Part shown: in pieces, positions 62,366 to 64,000 of the stretch
How the letters are laid out: the number at the start of each line of letters is the position of its first letter
How positions within the stretch are numbered: the first letter of the stretch is position 1
Assembly (NCBI GenBank): GCA_045636205.1
Contig: JAZTXE010000084.1
Location: 8,893 to 72,892 of the forward strand
Origin: Eubacteriales bacterium
GTDB taxonomy: Bacteria > Bacillota > Clostridia > Oscillospirales > JAAYXM01
Length of the DNA: 64,000 nucleotides
Direction of reading: 5' to 3'
Notes under the pieces: generated by a model
Databases searched by the model: none
The model's input: only the letters and a program-made list of their open reading frames with translations
What the model was told of the DNA's origin: nothing
Made by a program: the position numbers and the translations under genes

Positions 62366-63733
62366 TTACACATTAAAATCAATGTGTATCTCTTCGTCTT
62401 TTATTATAATCTTATTTATCAAAGATTTCAAGATAGTCTGCCGTTCTCTAAGGTCTGCATGCTCCCATATCGACGGTAGATTTTTTGCTAATGTCTGCAA
62501 TCTCTCCCTGTCTTTTTCACTTTTTCTGTATTCTCCCTCCTTTTTTATTTGCATTTCGATTTTTTCTAGCTGCTTCTTTTGCTCGTTTATTGTTTCAAGC
62601 AGTATATCGTCATCTTTATCAGAAACCGCATACAAATTGAGTAATTTCTTTATGCTTGCAGCTATTTTATTTTTTTGCGCCTCTAATAGTTGCTGCACGT
62701 TTTGAGCTTTGTCTGTACTTTTGTCCTCCTTTAATTCGCTCATTTTGATATTTAGCATTGTATCAATCACTATCCGCTCTACATCTTCGGCCCATAACTT
62801 TTCTTGCGGACAGTTTTCATCTTTTACCAAATATTCTCTGTTAGAACCTTGTGTTGAATAACATATTAACTTATCTTTACCGTTCCCCCATTTTTGATAT
62901 CTGAAACGAGCTCCGCAATGACCACAATATAGTAAACCGGTAAGTAATTTTGTACCATATGAATGTATATTGCTTTTGCGTCTCTCCATCATTTCCATTG
63001 TTCTGTAAAAAACTTCTTCGCTCACTATGGGTTCATGTTTGCCTTTATACTCCTCCCCATTGTACTCAATAATGCCAATGTTTGTTTTCCTTCTTAAAAT
63101 TTGGATACATAATCGCTCATACTTAAGCCCCAGCATTTTCGCTATAGAGTTTGTCGAAAAGCCTTGCAGGTATAAGTCATACATCTGCCGTACCATTTCA
63201 GCATCCTCATTAGGCACCAGAACCCCCTCATTTTGGTCGTAATCATATCCGAACGGAATTCTTCCTCCTCCCATCCAAAGTCCGGATTTCACCCTTTCTT
63301 TCATGCCCATGCGGGTACGCTCTCTTATATTCTCTCTTTCAAGCTGAGCAAAGGCTGATAATATACCTATCATAAGTCTGCCCATGGGAGTGGATGTGTC
63401 AAGATTTTCGTTAATTGATACGAAATCAACATTGTGAGAATTAAACACATCTTCAATTAAGTACAAGGTATCTTTTTGCGAACGAGATAATCTATCAAGC
63501 TTATAAACTATACAGTGGCTTATCTTCCCCTTTTTACACATGTCAATAAGTCGCTTTATTTCCGGTCTGTCTAAGTTACTGCCGGACCACCCTCCGTCTA
63601 TAAAAAATTCATAATTTTTTATTTGCTTCATTTTGCAATAAGCTTCCAACGCCTCTTTCTGAGCATCGATGGAATATCCTTCTTCTGCCTGAAAGTCAGT
63701 TGATACACGAATATATATAGCCGGTATTTTCAT
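62366..63733 (-). CDS. large serine recombinase (SpoIVCA / phage integrase type)
   Basis: 455 aa. Resolvase catalytic domain with AIYIRVSTDFQ (nucleophile serine) and YKLDRLSRS, a recombinase domain, a zinc ribbon (CGHCGARF...C), and a long C-terminal coiled coil. GAGGTGA RBS. Confidence 0.9.
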   Translation of the reverse strand: MKIPAIYIRVSTDFQAEEGYSIDAQKEALEAYCKMKQIKNYEFFIDGGWSGSNLDRPEIKRLIDMCKKGKISHCIVYKLDRLSRSQKDTLYLIEDVFNSHNVDFVSINENLDTSTPMGRLMIGILSAFAQLERENIRERTRMGMKERVKSGLWMGGGRIPFGYDYDQNEGVLVPNEDAEMVRQMYDLYLQGFSTNSIAKMLGLKYERLCIQILRRKTNIGIIEYNGEEYKGKHEPIVSEEVFYRTMEMMERRKSNIHSYGTKLLTGLLYCGHCGARFRYQKWGNGKDKLICYSTQGSNREYLVKDENCPQEKLWAEDVERIVIDTMLNIKMSELKEDKSTDKAQNVQQLLEAQKNKIAASIKKLLNLYAVSDKDDDILLETINEQKKQLEKIEMQIKKEGEYRKSEKDRERLQTLAKNLPSIWEHADLRERQTILKSLINKIIIKDEEIHIDFNV

Positions 63734-63752
63734 TTTCTCACCTCTTACTAAT

Positions 63753-63784
63753 TAAAAATAGAGGCCGAGATTAACAGCCTCTAT
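63753..63784 (-). terminator. hairpin terminator immediately upstream of the recombinase gene
   Basis: On the minus strand, ATAGAGGC-11 nt-GCCTCTAT is followed by TTTTT. Only 19 nt separate the T-run from the recombinase ATG. Confidence 0.6.
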
Positions 63785-63791
63785 CTTCCAC

Positions 63792-63929
63792 TTACGCAAA
63801 CACTTGAGATTTTGAGATTTTTTCATAAACACGATACAATAAAGATAGCAATACTTCGTCCCTTATCGTGTATTCCTTCAAATCCTTTATCTCAACAGAT
63901 TCTCCATTAACTGAAACTTTTACTGTCAT
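63792..63929 (-). CDS. small hypothetical protein (45 aa) upstream of the recombinase
   Basis: Hand-translated: MTVKVSVNGESVEIKDLKEYTIRDEVLLSLLYRVYEKISKSQVFA. GGAGTG RBS lies 7 nt upstream. Absent from the ORF track. No family recognised. Confidence 0.45.
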   Translation of the reverse strand: MTVKVSVNGESVEIKDLKEYTIRDEVLLSLLYRVYEKISKSQVFA

Positions 63930-64000
63930 AGAATCACTCCGATCAAAAGTTTTACACAACGATTATTGCCATGCTTTTATAATTTTAAACGCTTGATTTA

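Larger units (their letters stand above)
62340..64000. mobile_element. proximal end of an integrated element (prophage/ICE or skin-like intervening element) inserted in sigG; continues beyond the window
   Basis: There is an abrupt loss of sigG homology at 62339/62340. GC falls from 42% (62281-62340) to 25% (62341-62400). The first gene inside is a large serine recombinase ending 25 nt from the junction. Confidence 0.7.

Overview
This 64 kb window is a chromosomal segment at roughly 40-45% GC, judged by eye. It appears to come from a spore-forming Firmicute of the class Clostridia. All identifications rest on reading the supplied translations and the DNA for conserved motifs; no database search was possible.

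The window is almost fully coding and mostly housekeeping:
- a glgB-glgC-glgD-glgA-glgP-GH13 glycogen cluster
- a solitary tRNA-Gln
- cca
- an asd-dapA-dapB operon behind a lysine (L-box) riboswitch
- spoIID-queA-tgt-yajC
- cwlJ/gerQ
- a GlpA-like three-gene oxidoreductase set
- tmcAL, ackA and a Xer-type recombinase
- rpsB-tsf and ylmC
- ftsH-hpt-tilS-dnaB-rplI-gdpP
- an intact pro-sigK and galE
- an amino-acid ABC transporter
- PBP1A
- groES/groEL with a perfect CIRCE operator
- ogg and a ROK kinase

Five things stand out:
1. At the right edge, the forespore sigma factor gene sigG is cut at codon 96 by a low-GC element. Its first gene is a large serine recombinase, a skin-like layout but in a germ-line gene. 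The element runs off the window.
2. A 47-aa six-cysteine SCIFF ranthipeptide precursor is missing from the ORF track. It lies in front of its radical-SAM/SPASM maturase, with a hairpin terminator between the two.
3. A 56-aa Cys-rich ORF, also missing from the track, sits upstream of cwlJ-gerQ.
4. A MacB-type permease and HlyD-type adaptor pair has no ATPase gene.
5. A roughly 380 nt intergenic tract between ylmC and ftsH remains unexplained.

I saw no CRISPR array, rRNA or transposase.
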